Below are positions 49,105 through 57,826 of a DNA stretch of 64,000 nt, piece by piece. This DNA is from Bacilli bacterium. GTDB lineage: Bacteria; Bacillota_I; Bacilli_A; RF39; UBA660. The position numbers were made by a program, and so were the translations under genes. The notes under the pieces are model-generated. The model was not told the DNA's origin and did no database searches. It worked only from the letters and a program-made list of their open reading frames with translations. Location of the stretch: positions 470-64,469 of the forward strand of contig JAEEMF010000040.1 of assembly GCA_016283075.1 (NCBI GenBank), read 5' to 3'. How positions within the stretch are numbered: position 1 is the first letter of the stretch; each line of letters starts with the position of its first letter.

Positions 49105-50070
49105 GTGATTGAAGTCAAACATCTGTGTAAGACATTTAGAGTGCTTAAAAGGAAAGGGGGAATTCGGGCAACTCTTAAAACGTTCATCAAAAGAGATTAT
49201 ACATACATAAAAGCTGTTGATGATGTATCTTTCTCCATTAAAAAAGGAGAAATAGTTGGTTATATTGGTCCTAACGGAGCAGGTAAATCAACTACTATTA
49301 AAATGCTTACTGGTATTTTAAATCCTGATAGTGGATCAGTTAGAGTAGGAGGTATTGATCCATTTAAAGACCGAAAAAAATACGTTAAGAATATTGGCGT
49401 AGTATTTGGTCAAAAATCCCAGTTATGGTGGGATATTCCTGTTATAGATTCTTTTAACTTACTTAGAGATATCTATAAAATAGATAAAGAAGAATATGAA
49501 AAGAATTTAAATGAACTAGTTTCTCTTCTTAAACTTGAAAATATTATTAACACCCCTGTAAGACAATTAAGTTTAGGACAAAGAATGAAATGTGAACTAG
49601 TAGCATCACTTCTTCATAGTCCATCTATATTATTCTTAGATGAACCAACAATAGGACTTGATGCTGTATCTAAGGTAGCACTTAGAAAATTTATAAAAGA
49701 TATTAATCAAAGAAAACAAGTAACAATAATACTTACCACTCATGATATGAGTGATATAGAAGCTCTATCTAATAGAGTAATAGTTATAGGTAAAGGTAAA
49801 AAATTATATGATGGTTCTTTATCTAAACTAAAAAAAGATTTTGGAAATTCCAAAATACTCGAAATTATATATAACAAACTAGATAAGATTCCAGAAGGAA
49901 TTGATGTAATTAAGAAAACAAATAATAGTATTCTTATTAATATAGGAGATAACTCTTCTAGTGACATAATAGCTAAGTTTGTTAAAGTATGTGAAGTTAA
50001 AGATATAAATATATATGAAGATAATATAGATAATATAATTCTAAAACTATACAAGGAATATAATCTATGA
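49105..50070 (+). CDS. ABC transporter ATP-binding protein
   Basis: GTG start follows a GGAAGGAGG RBS. Walker A GPNGAGKST, signature LSLGQRM, Walker B LFLDEPTIGLD. The N-terminal extension and about 320 aa length fit the ATPase that pairs with two ABC-2 (DUF990-type) permeases. Confidence 0.85.
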   Translation: MIEVKHLCKTFRVLKRKGGIRATLKTFIKRDYTYIKAVDDVSFSIKKGEIVGYIGPNGAGKSTTIKMLTGILNPDSGSVRVGGIDPFKDRKKYVKNIGVVFGQKSQLWWDIPVIDSFNLLRDIYKIDKEEYEKNLNELVSLLKLENIINTPVRQLSLGQRMKCELVASLLHSPSILFLDEPTIGLDAVSKVALRKFIKDINQRKQVTIILTTHDMSDIEALSNRVIVIGKGKKLYDGSLSKLKKDFGNSKILEIIYNKLDKIPEGIDVIKKTNNSILINIGDNSSSDIIAKFVKVCEVKDINIYEDNIDNIILKLYKEYNL

Positions 50071-50867
50071 TAGGTTATTTATCTTATTTTAAAGTAAGAT
50101 TAATAGCAGGTCTTCAATATAAAGTATCTGCTATTGCAGGACTTGCTACTGCATTTTTCTGGGCTATAATGTTCTGCTGTATATATGGTGCATTTTATAG
50201 TAATGCTACTATACCTGATATGAGTTTTAAAGCTATTATTACTTATACATGGCTTAAACAAGCATTTTTATCACTTACTTATATGAATGATAGAGATAGC
50301 GAAATACTTAATAGTATTACTGATGGTACAGTAGCATATGAACTTGCTAGACCATATAATTTATTTAGCTGGTGGTATATAAAAATACTAGCTCATAAAT
50401 TCTCAGCTGCATTTTTAAAGTTTTTGCCAGTCATTTTAGTAGGACTTATAATGCCTAAACCATATAATTTATCTTTACCAAATAGTTTTCCTAGTTTTAT
50501 ATTATTTGTTATATCTTTAATATTAGGAGCAGTACTTCTATGTGGAATACTTATGATTATTCATTCTATAGCATTCTTTACTATTAACCATAAAGGTATA
50601 TTTAGTATTTCTACTAATGTAATGATGCTACTATCTGGATTTGTTATTCCTATACCACTACTACCTAATATTGTACAAAAACTAACATTTTATTTGCCAT
50701 TTAGACTACTATCTGATTCATCATATCGAATTTATTCTGGTAATATAAATATTCCTGATGCTATATTTGATATTAAACTCCAACTAATATGGATAGTAAT
50801 TATTATTGTTATAGGATACCTTATTATGAATAAAGCTTTAAAGAAAGTATCAGTACAAGGAGGTTAA
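50067..50867 (+). CDS. ABC-2-type permease subunit
   Basis: Six-TM protein, with its start overlapping the ATPase stop by 4 nt. Confidence 0.7.
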   Translation: MIGYLSYFKVRLIAGLQYKVSAIAGLATAFFWAIMFCCIYGAFYSNATIPDMSFKAIITYTWLKQAFLSLTYMNDRDSEILNSITDGTVAYELARPYNLFSWWYIKILAHKFSAAFLKFLPVILVGLIMPKPYNLSLPNSFPSFILFVISLILGAVLLCGILMIIHSIAFFTINHKGIFSISTNVMMLLSGFVIPIPLLPNIVQKLTFYLPFRLLSDSSYRIYSGNINIPDAIFDIKLQLIWIVIIIVIGYLIMNKALKKVSVQGG

Positions 50868-50868
50868 T

Positions 50869-51636
50869 ATGTTTAAATATATAAAAATGCATTTTAAATC
50901 CTCTATAGAATATAAGGTATCATTTATATTATTATCTATATCTCAGTTATTTAATTTAATATTTTCTGTAGTAGTAATTTTATCTTTATATAATAAGTTT
51001 GGAGTACTTAAAAATATCAATATTTATCAGTGCTTATTATCACTATCTCTAATAGATTTAGGATTTTATATCGCCGAATTTACTTTTAGAGGTTTTGATA
51101 CTTTCCATAAAATAATTAAAAAAGGTAATTTTGATATATTATTAATAAGACCTGAAAATTTATATTTACAAATACTAGGTAGTGAATTTGAACCTACAAA
51201 GTTTTCAAGATTATTAACAGGTTTTGGACTTTTAATATATGCTTTTATAAAAAATGGTTTATATACTAATATAGCTAATTACTTTATAACACTTCTATGT
51301 TTAGTATGCTGCGTTATATTATATGCAAGTATTTTAATATTCGGAGCAGCAGTATCATTTTATACAATAGATGGAATAGAATTCATTAATATATTTACTT
51401 ATGGTACTAGAGAAATAGGAGAGTATCCTATGGGAATATTTAGTAAAAGAGTAATATTACTATTTACTTTCTTTATTCCAATAGCATGTATAAATTACTA
51501 TCCACTTTTATATATGTTTAATAAAGAAAGTAATCCTTTATTTATACTTACTCCATTTGCAGTACTAATAGTATCTTTAATATCAATTTTATTCTTTAAT
51601 TTTTCACTTAAACATTACCAAAGTAGTGGATCATAA
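50869..51636 (+). CDS. ABC-2-type permease subunit (second)
   Basis: Six-TM protein immediately after the first permease. Confidence 0.7.
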   Translation: MFKYIKMHFKSSIEYKVSFILLSISQLFNLIFSVVVILSLYNKFGVLKNINIYQCLLSLSLIDLGFYIAEFTFRGFDTFHKIIKKGNFDILLIRPENLYLQILGSEFEPTKFSRLLTGFGLLIYAFIKNGLYTNIANYFITLLCLVCCVILYASILIFGAAVSFYTIDGIEFINIFTYGTREIGEYPMGIFSKRVILLFTFFIPIACINYYPLLYMFNKESNPLFILTPFAVLIVSLISILFFNFSLKHYQSSGS

Positions 51637-51647
51637 AAAAAGAAGCA

Positions 51648-52541
51648 TTAGCTTCTTTTTTTGTGTTTATTCATAAATATAAAAATTACTATAAATAGTA
51701 GGGTAAATCCTGTAACAATTAAGTACATAGAGTTAATAGATACATAATTATTAAGTAGTTTTATCTTACAGTCGAAAGCTTTTTTAAATCCATCTATTAG
51801 TTCTTCTGGTAAGTGTTGATTTCTCATTTCTCTAAATGATGAAGAAAGTGCATGATTTCTTAAAAGGGAAGTACCATATGTTCCTGGAAGGAATGATATT
51901 ACTTTTTGAAGACCTTTACCAAATGAACTAATTGGCATATATGCTCCGCAAATAAAACCATATCCAGCACTTATTATAGTACCAACAGCAGATACTTGTC
52001 CTTGTGTTGATAAATTAAAGTTAATTACTGATGATAATGATGTACCAAATAAAGTAAGTAATAATAAATCAAGTACAATATTTAACATATCATTAATATT
52101 CATATATGTACCAAAGAAATGAGCATATATAAAGCATACTATTGTTACAGTAAAGTTAACAATAAATGTTGAGATAAATGTAGAAACAAAATAACTAAGT
52201 CCAATAGTAAATTTACTTATTGGAGTAATATTTATATCTTTAATAGTTTTTTCTGCTTTATCTTGTACCATTAAAAGGTTTGAAGTAAAGGCTACTGTTA
52301 TACAGCTAACCGCAAGTAAGGAAGAAATAAGTTGTCCTCCTACAAGAGAGTTTAGTAGTTTATCAGTATATTTAAATCCTTCTGGGAATGCATTAATAAA
52401 ACTATCTTTAAATACACCTGATAAGAATGTTACATATAAAACAAGAAGTATTATTGGAGTAATAAGTGAAGTAAAGAACATTTTTTTATCTGAGAAATAT
52501 ACTTTTATATTTCTTTTAGTAAGACTAATTAATTTATTCAT
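51648..52541 (-). CDS. ABC-2 family exporter permease
   Basis: Polytopic protein, with its start overlapping the stop of the upstream ATPase gene (1 nt). Confidence 0.7.
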   Translation of the reverse strand: MNKLISLTKRNIKVYFSDKKMFFTSLITPIILLVLYVTFLSGVFKDSFINAFPEGFKYTDKLLNSLVGGQLISSLLAVSCITVAFTSNLLMVQDKAEKTIKDINITPISKFTIGLSYFVSTFISTFIVNFTVTIVCFIYAHFFGTYMNINDMLNIVLDLLLLTLFGTSLSSVINFNLSTQGQVSAVGTIISAGYGFICGAYMPISSFGKGLQKVISFLPGTYGTSLLRNHALSSSFREMRNQHLPEELIDGFKKAFDCKIKLLNNYVSINSMYLIVTGFTLLFIVIFIFMNKHKKRS

Positions 52542-53446
52542 TATTCATCCTCCAATTCATATCCAGTTGCATTTAAGAATACATCATCCATTTTACCTTT
52601 AATTACTTCATAATCTTTAAATAAATCTTTATTCTTTATTATTAAGTCAGTTGCTTCTTTTAAATCTTTTACTATTATTTTAAAACCATCTCTTACCTTT
52701 TTATAAGATTTATCAAGTTTTTTAATATTCTCTTCATCTACGTTATAAATATATACGGTATCACTAGCATATTTATTTTTAAGTTCAAGAGGTGTTCCTT
52801 CTGCAATAGTAGTACCTTTATCAAGAATAACTATATAATCAGAATCAGCAGCTTCCTCCATATAATGTGTAGTTAAAAAGATAGTTAAGTTCTTTTCCTT
52901 ACGAAGATTATTTAAAACCTTCCAAATACTTTTTCTAGTTCCTGGATCTAGTCCAGTAGTAGGTTCATCTAGAATAAGAATACTAGGATTATGAATAATA
53001 GCTCTTGCTATATCAACTCTTCTTCTTTGACCTCCAGATAATTTAGAAATAGGTTGTTTTTCTATTTCTTTTAAGTTAAATAGTTTAGATAATTCTTCAT
53101 ATCTATCTAAAAAATCTTTACCAGTAATATTATATAAAGAAGCTTTTATTTTTAAATTATCATAAACACTAAGAGATTTATCTAAAAGAGAATCTTGGAA
53201 TACTACACCAATCTTTTCTTTAAGAGAAGTATTATTTCCATCTACTTCTTCACCACATACTTCGATACTTCCAAAGTCTTTAGAAAGCTCCCCACATATC
53301 ATATTAATAGTAGTAGATTTACCAGCACCATTAATACCTAGGAAAGAAAAAAATTCTCCTTCTTTAACAAGAAAACTTAGATTATTAACAGCTTTTAAAC
53401 TACCATAACTTTTACTAACTTTATCAATTTTAATTATGTTATTCAT
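52541..53446 (-). CDS. ABC transporter ATP-binding protein (DrrA/CcmA-like exporter type)
   Basis: Walker A GINGAGKST, signature LSGGQRRR, Walker B LILDEPTTGLD. Confidence 0.85.
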   Translation of the reverse strand: MNNIIKIDKVSKSYGSLKAVNNLSFLVKEGEFFSFLGINGAGKSTTINMICGELSKDFGSIEVCGEEVDGNNTSLKEKIGVVFQDSLLDKSLSVYDNLKIKASLYNITGKDFLDRYEELSKLFNLKEIEKQPISKLSGGQRRRVDIARAIIHNPSILILDEPTTGLDPGTRKSIWKVLNNLRKEKNLTIFLTTHYMEEAADSDYIVILDKGTTIAEGTPLELKNKYASDTVYIYNVDEENIKKLDKSYKKVRDGFKIIVKDLKEATDLIIKNKDLFKDYEVIKGKMDDVFLNATGYELEDE

Positions 53447-53537
53447 ATAATCACCACCACCATTTTATCATATATTGACTAATTATATGTAATAAATATA
53501 TAATTTTGATATAAGGTAGAATACGAGGTGATAGATA

Positions 53538-54170
53538 ATGAAGATCTTTTTAAATAAAAATAAAACACTATTTTTAGTACTTTGGGTTTCTTTATTATCA
53601 GCATCTGTAGCATTTGCATCTAGTATAATTGCCTCAGAAGTAGGGTATACTCCTAGTGATTCTACTTGGTCAGTTACTAATGTTCAACAAGCAACTGATA
53701 GTTTATACTTAAGTGTAACAAGAAAAAATCCTATTGGGGAAATAATTGCATATATGGGAACAATAGTCCCAGAATATTTTTTAGCATGTGATGGTACTGT
53801 TTATAATATTAGTGATTATCCATATCTTGCTGAACAAATAAAAACTAATTTTGGAAGTTACAATAATTTTGGTGGAAATGGTACTACTACCTTTGCAGTG
53901 CCAGATTTAAGAGGAGAATTCCTTCGTGGTACTGGAACAAACTCTCATTTAAACCAAGGTAATGGTCCTTCGGTAGGGGTACATCAAGATGCAACAGGAA
54001 TAAGACAAAGTGTTGACTGGGGATGGGCTATTTATACAACTGATATTGATTCACAATTCAATAATCAAACTGTAAATGTTCTTTCTAATAAATCAACAAC
54101 AGCAAGTAGTTCTTATTTTACCGTAAGACCTACTAACACAGGTGTAATGTATGCAATTAGGTATGAGTAG
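53538..54170 (+). CDS. secreted phage-tail-collar-domain protein, paralog 1
   Basis: Signal peptide ending AFA|SS. Collar-domain core PIGEIIAYMGTIVPEYFLACDGTVYNISDYPYLAEQIKTNFGSYNNFGGNGTTTFAVPDLRGEFLRG. C-terminal RPTNTGVMYAIRYE. Confidence 0.8.
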   Translation: MKIFLNKNKTLFLVLWVSLLSASVAFASSIIASEVGYTPSDSTWSVTNVQQATDSLYLSVTRKNPIGEIIAYMGTIVPEYFLACDGTVYNISDYPYLAEQIKTNFGSYNNFGGNGTTTFAVPDLRGEFLRGTGTNSHLNQGNGPSVGVHQDATGIRQSVDWGWAIYTTDIDSQFNNQTVNVLSNKSTTASSSYFTVRPTNTGVMYAIRYE

Positions 54171-54177
54171 GTGCAAT

Positions 54178-54849
54178 ATGAAGAAGGTTAGTTTTATCAT
54201 ATTACTTATTATTTCTACTATATCAGTTGTATTTGCTTATAGTACACTTGCTTCAGAAATAAGTTATAATTTAAGTGGTTCTAAATGGTCTACTTCAAAT
54301 ATTCAAGAATCAACTGATAGTTTATATTACGATTTTAAAAGAAGACCTTCTATAGGACAAATAGTAGGATATATGGGAACAGTAGTTCCAGATAATTTTT
54401 TAGAGTGTGATGGTTCTATTTTAAATATAAGTGATTATCCTCATTTAGCAGAGCACTTTGAAGATGAATTTGGTAGTAGTAATTATTTTGGCGGAGATGG
54501 ATCTATGACATTTGCTCTTCCTGATTTAAGAGGAGAGTTTTTAAGAGGATCCACTAGTACTGTAAGTCCAGGAACTCATCAAGATGCAAGCTTACCTAAT
54601 ATTAAAGGAAGATTAGTTCCTAACTTAAATGCTACTTCTACAATAAGAATTCTTGGAGGAGGTGGCGGAGCTATTACCATAAGTGGTAGCTCAGGTAAAC
54701 ACGCTTATGTATCTGCTATAAATGGGTCATATAATGTAGCAAATTCTGATCTTGTTTTTGATGCATCTAGATATAGCTCTGTTTATCAAAATGGTGCAGA
54801 AGCGCGTCCTACTAATACTTCAGTTTTATATGTTATTAGATATAAGTAG
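54178..54849 (+). CDS. secreted phage-tail-collar-domain protein, paralog 2
   Basis: ATG at 54178 follows a GTAGGTG RBS. SIGQIVGYMGTVVPDNFLECDGSILNISDYPHLAEHF..FGGDGSMTFALPDLRGEFLRG. C-terminal RPTNTSVLYVIRYK. Confidence 0.8.
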   Translation: MKKVSFIILLIISTISVVFAYSTLASEISYNLSGSKWSTSNIQESTDSLYYDFKRRPSIGQIVGYMGTVVPDNFLECDGSILNISDYPHLAEHFEDEFGSSNYFGGDGSMTFALPDLRGEFLRGSTSTVSPGTHQDASLPNIKGRLVPNLNATSTIRILGGGGGAITISGSSGKHAYVSAINGSYNVANSDLVFDASRYSSVYQNGAEARPTNTSVLYVIRYK

Positions 54850-54871
54850 CAAGGATTCTTCCTTGCTTTTT
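54849..54871 (+). terminator. repeated cassette terminator, copy 1 (after paralog 2)
   Basis: GCAAGGA-ttct-TCCTTGC followed by T5. The same hairpin arms recur at 55610-55631 and 56393-56415. Confidence 0.75.
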
Positions 54872-54920
54872 ATTTTGTATATTTATATAATTAATGTATA
54901 AGATAGAAGGTGATGAAAAA

Positions 54921-55610
54921 ATGAAAAACTTTTTAAAGAAAAATTATTTTGGTTTTTTTATCGGAATCATTTTTTCATCAGTTTTTATAGTATACGCTTC
55001 TAGTTATATAGCAAGTGCTGTAGGATTTACTTCTATAGATAGCTCTTGGAACGTAGATAATGTTAAAGAAGCTACTGATAGCTTGTATTATAAAGCTATA
55101 GAAAATTACCCTGTTGGAGAAATAATAAGTTTTATGGGAGTAAATGCTCCTGAATACTTTCTTGCTTGTGATGGTACTGTTTATAATATAAATGATTATC
55201 CACTTCTTGCTGAGCAAATAAAAACTAATTTTGGTGATTACAACTTTTTTGGCGGAAATGGTACTACTACATTTGCGGTACCTAATTTAAGTGGTGAGTT
55301 TCTAAGAGGAGCAACTAGCACCGTAAGCGCAGGAACTCATCAAGATGCAAGCTTACCTAATATAAAAGGTAAATTAGTTCCTAACTTGCACGCTACTACT
55401 GCTGTAGGTTTGATTGGATCAGGAAATGGTGTTTTTACAATGAGTGGTAGTTCCTGGGAACACTCTCGTACCACTAATATAAATGGTTCGTATGATGTAG
55501 CAAACTCAGATATTACGTTTGATGCATCTAGATCAAATTCTACTTATCAAGATGGAGCAGAGGCAAAACCTGCTAATACCTCAGTTTTATATATTATTAG
55601 ATATGAATAG
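54921..55610 (+). CDS. secreted phage-tail-collar-domain protein, paralog 3
   Basis: ATG at 54921 follows a GAAGGTGA RBS. PVGEIISFMGVNAPEYFLACDGTVYNINDYPLLAEQIKTNFG..FGGNGTTTFAVPNLSGEFLRG. C-terminal KPANTSVLYIIRYE. Confidence 0.8.
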   Translation: MKNFLKKNYFGFFIGIIFSSVFIVYASSYIASAVGFTSIDSSWNVDNVKEATDSLYYKAIENYPVGEIISFMGVNAPEYFLACDGTVYNINDYPLLAEQIKTNFGDYNFFGGNGTTTFAVPNLSGEFLRGATSTVSAGTHQDASLPNIKGKLVPNLHATTAVGLIGSGNGVFTMSGSSWEHSRTTNINGSYDVANSDITFDASRSNSTYQDGAEAKPANTSVLYIIRYE

Positions 55611-55631
55611 CAAGGAGTATCCTTGCTTTTT
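55610..55631 (+). terminator. repeated cassette terminator, copy 2 (after paralog 3)
   Basis: GCAAGGA-gta-TCCTTGC followed by T5, then the same TATATTTATATAATTA promoter-like block as copy 1. Confidence 0.75.
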
Positions 55632-55682
55632 ATTTGGTATATTTATATAATTAGTGTATAAGGTAGAAATTGGGTGATGCAA

Positions 55683-56393
55683 ATGAAAAACTTTTTAAAG
55701 AATAATTTCTTAGGTTTCTTTATAGGAATCATTTTTTCATTTGTCTTTATATTTACTATGTCTATATATATAGCAAGTAATCCTTCCTTTTCTTCTAAAA
55801 AAACATTTTTAATGATTGAAAATAGTAAACTTACAGATGGTTCTTTAGCTTCAGTTACTAAAAAATATCCAGTAGGAGAGATAATAACTTATATGGGAAC
55901 ACATACTCCTAATTATTATTTAGCTTGTGATGGTACTACATATAATATAGTTGATTATCCGCTTTTAGCAAATCACATTGAAACGGAGTTTGGAAGTAAA
56001 AACTTCTTTGGAGGAAATGGTACTACTACATTTGCAGTACCAGATCTTAGAGGAGAGTTTCTTCGTGGTACTGGAACTAACTCTCACACTGGGCAAGGAA
56101 ATGGTTCTAGTGTAGGAACTCATCAAACAGCATCTTTACCTAATTTAAAAGGTAAATTTGTAACTAGTTTACATGCTACTAATACTTCTCCTTTATTTGC
56201 TTCAGGGCATGGTGCATTTTTACTTAGTGGTAGTTCATGGGAGCACTCTAGAATATCTAGTATAAGTGGTGCAACAAATGTTGCTGATTCAGATGCACTT
56301 TTTGATGCATCTAGATCAAGTTCTGTTTATCAAGATGACGCTGAAGTTAGACCAACTAATACTTCAGTACTATATGCAATTAGATATGAATAG
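55683..56393 (+). CDS. secreted phage-tail-collar-domain protein, paralog 4
   Basis: PVGEIITYMGTHTPNYYLACDGTTYNIVDYPLLANHIETEFG..FGGNGTTTFAVPDLRGEFLRG. C-terminal RPTNTSVLYAIRYE. The start could be 55674, 55677 or 55683. Confidence 0.8.
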   Translation: MKNFLKNNFLGFFIGIIFSFVFIFTMSIYIASNPSFSSKKTFLMIENSKLTDGSLASVTKKYPVGEIITYMGTHTPNYYLACDGTTYNIVDYPLLANHIETEFGSKNFFGGNGTTTFAVPDLRGEFLRGTGTNSHTGQGNGSSVGTHQTASLPNLKGKFVTSLHATNTSPLFASGHGAFLLSGSSWEHSRISSISGATNVADSDALFDASRSSSVYQDDAEVRPTNTSVLYAIRYE

Positions 56394-56415
56394 CAAGGAT
56401 GAATCCTTGCTTTTT
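56393..56415 (+). terminator. repeated cassette terminator, copy 3 (after paralog 4)
   Basis: GCAAGGA-tgaa-TCCTTGC followed by T5. Confidence 0.75.
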
Positions 56416-56462
56416 AATTGACAAAAATATATAATATATTTTATAGAGTAGGAGTGTGTAGA

Positions 56463-57140
56463 ATGAAGAAATATTTCAAAAAAGAATATCTTTTTATTAT
56501 ATCTGTAATATTTTTGACTTCTATTACAACTCTTGCATTTAGTTATGACGCTAGGGATGTTGGATACACTCCTAGTGATGTTAATTGGAATGTAGATAAT
56601 GTTAAAGATGCTACTGATAGTTTGTATTATAGTATTAAAGGTAAAAGCCCTATTGGGGAAATAATTGCATATATGGGTACTAATGCTCCAGAGTATTTTT
56701 TAGAGTGTGATGGTACTGTTTATAATATAAGTGAGTATCCATATCTAGCGGAACAAATTAAAAGAGAATTTGGCTCTTATAGTAAGTTTGGTGGAAATGG
56801 TACAACAACATTTGCTGTTCCTGATTTAAGAGGAGAGTTTCTTCGTGGTCGAGGAACAAATAGTCATGCTAATCAAGGTAGTGGCGCAAATGTAGGTATT
56901 CATCAAGATGCAACACTACTTCCATATTATTATAAATTTTATGACAATTCTTTATATGGTGTTCAATTTGATGGACCTACATCAACTACATATATAACAG
57001 ATCCAGATGTAGTAAAGGTTGGTAGTGGTTATTATTCTAATTTTTATCAAGATAGTGGTGGACCATATTCAAATATATCTCTAACTTTTACAACAAGACC
57101 TACAAATACATCTATATTATATGCAATAAGGTATGAATAG
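56463..57140 (+). CDS. secreted phage-tail-collar-domain protein, paralog 5
   Basis: ATG at 56463 follows a GTAGGAG RBS. PIGEIIAYMGTNAPEYFLECDGTVYNISEYPYLAEQIKREFG..FGGNGTTTFAVPDLRGEFLRG. Tyr/Gly-rich distal region. C-terminal RPTNTSILYAIRYE. Confidence 0.8.
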   Translation: MKKYFKKEYLFIISVIFLTSITTLAFSYDARDVGYTPSDVNWNVDNVKDATDSLYYSIKGKSPIGEIIAYMGTNAPEYFLECDGTVYNISEYPYLAEQIKREFGSYSKFGGNGTTTFAVPDLRGEFLRGRGTNSHANQGSGANVGIHQDATLLPYYYKFYDNSLYGVQFDGPTSTTYITDPDVVKVGSGYYSNFYQDSGGPYSNISLTFTTRPTNTSILYAIRYE

Positions 57141-57149
57141 GGGGATACT

Positions 57150-57794
57150 GTGAAGAACTTTAAGAAAATAGTTATTAATACATTTTTAATAATCATTCTT
57201 TCTTTTTTTACAACGTATGCCTTTAACTATGTTGTAGGTAAAAAGAAAGAATCATATGTCTATAATAATAGGAGTTTAATGTCAGGGACATCATATGGTT
57301 TTAGTAGAAGAAGTCCGGTTGGGACAATTATTTCTTATATGGGAGAAAGTGCTCCTGAATCTTTCCTTGAATGTGATGGAAAAGTTTACAATATAAAAGA
57401 TTACCCATACCTTGCTGAGCAAATTAAAAGTGAATTTGGTTCTTATAATAAATTTGGAGGAAATGGTACGACAACCTTTGCTGTACCTGATTTAAGAGGA
57501 GAGTTTTTAAGAGGTAGGGGTACTAATAGTCATACTAAACAGGGTAGTGGCTCTATTGTTGGAACACATCAAGATGCAACGGTATTACCTTATTATGCTG
57601 TATATTCATCTAGTGTTTATATTTATGGACCTTCAGTAACGTATGTGGGAGATAATTTCGATTATCGAAATGTTGGTTCTGGTTATTATTCTAATATTTA
57701 TCATGATTATGGTAATACTTCCTCAAATACAAGTATGTCATTTTCTCTTAGGCCAACAAATACTTCAGTATTATATGCAATTAAATATGAGTAA
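57150..57794 (+). CDS. secreted phage-tail-collar-domain protein, paralog 6
   Basis: GTG start follows a GGGGGA RBS. PVGTIISYMGESAPESFLECDGKVYNIKDYPYLAEQIKSEFG..FGGNGTTTFAVPDLRGEFLRG. C-terminal RPTNTSVLYAIKYE. Confidence 0.75.
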   Translation: MKNFKKIVINTFLIIILSFFTTYAFNYVVGKKKESYVYNNRSLMSGTSYGFSRRSPVGTIISYMGESAPESFLECDGKVYNIKDYPYLAEQIKSEFGSYNKFGGNGTTTFAVPDLRGEFLRGRGTNSHTKQGSGSIVGTHQDATVLPYYAVYSSSVYIYGPSVTYVGDNFDYRNVGSGYYSNIYHDYGNTSSNTSMSFSLRPTNTSVLYAIKYE

Positions 57795-57796
57795 AA

Positions 57797-57826
57797 TAAA
57801 AAATGGTTCATTATTTGAACCATTTT
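57797..57826. terminator. bidirectional terminator closing the collar-domain array
   Basis: AAAATGGTTCA-ttat-TTGAACCATTTT lies between convergent genes. Confidence 0.7.

Noticed and set aside
54849-56415. Repeated GCAAGGA...TCCTTGC hairpins as a CRISPR-like or REP-type repeat
   Set aside because: There are only three copies. Each sits exactly at a gene end and is followed by a T-tract, and the copies are separated by full-length genes rather than short spacers. They are duplicated terminators.
53538-57794. Prophage or tailocin remnant as the explanation for the tail-collar genes
   Set aside because: There is no capsid, portal, terminase, tape-measure, baseplate, holin/lysin, integrase or repressor gene within at least 6 kb on either side. 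Every copy has an N-terminal export signal, which virion fibre proteins lack.
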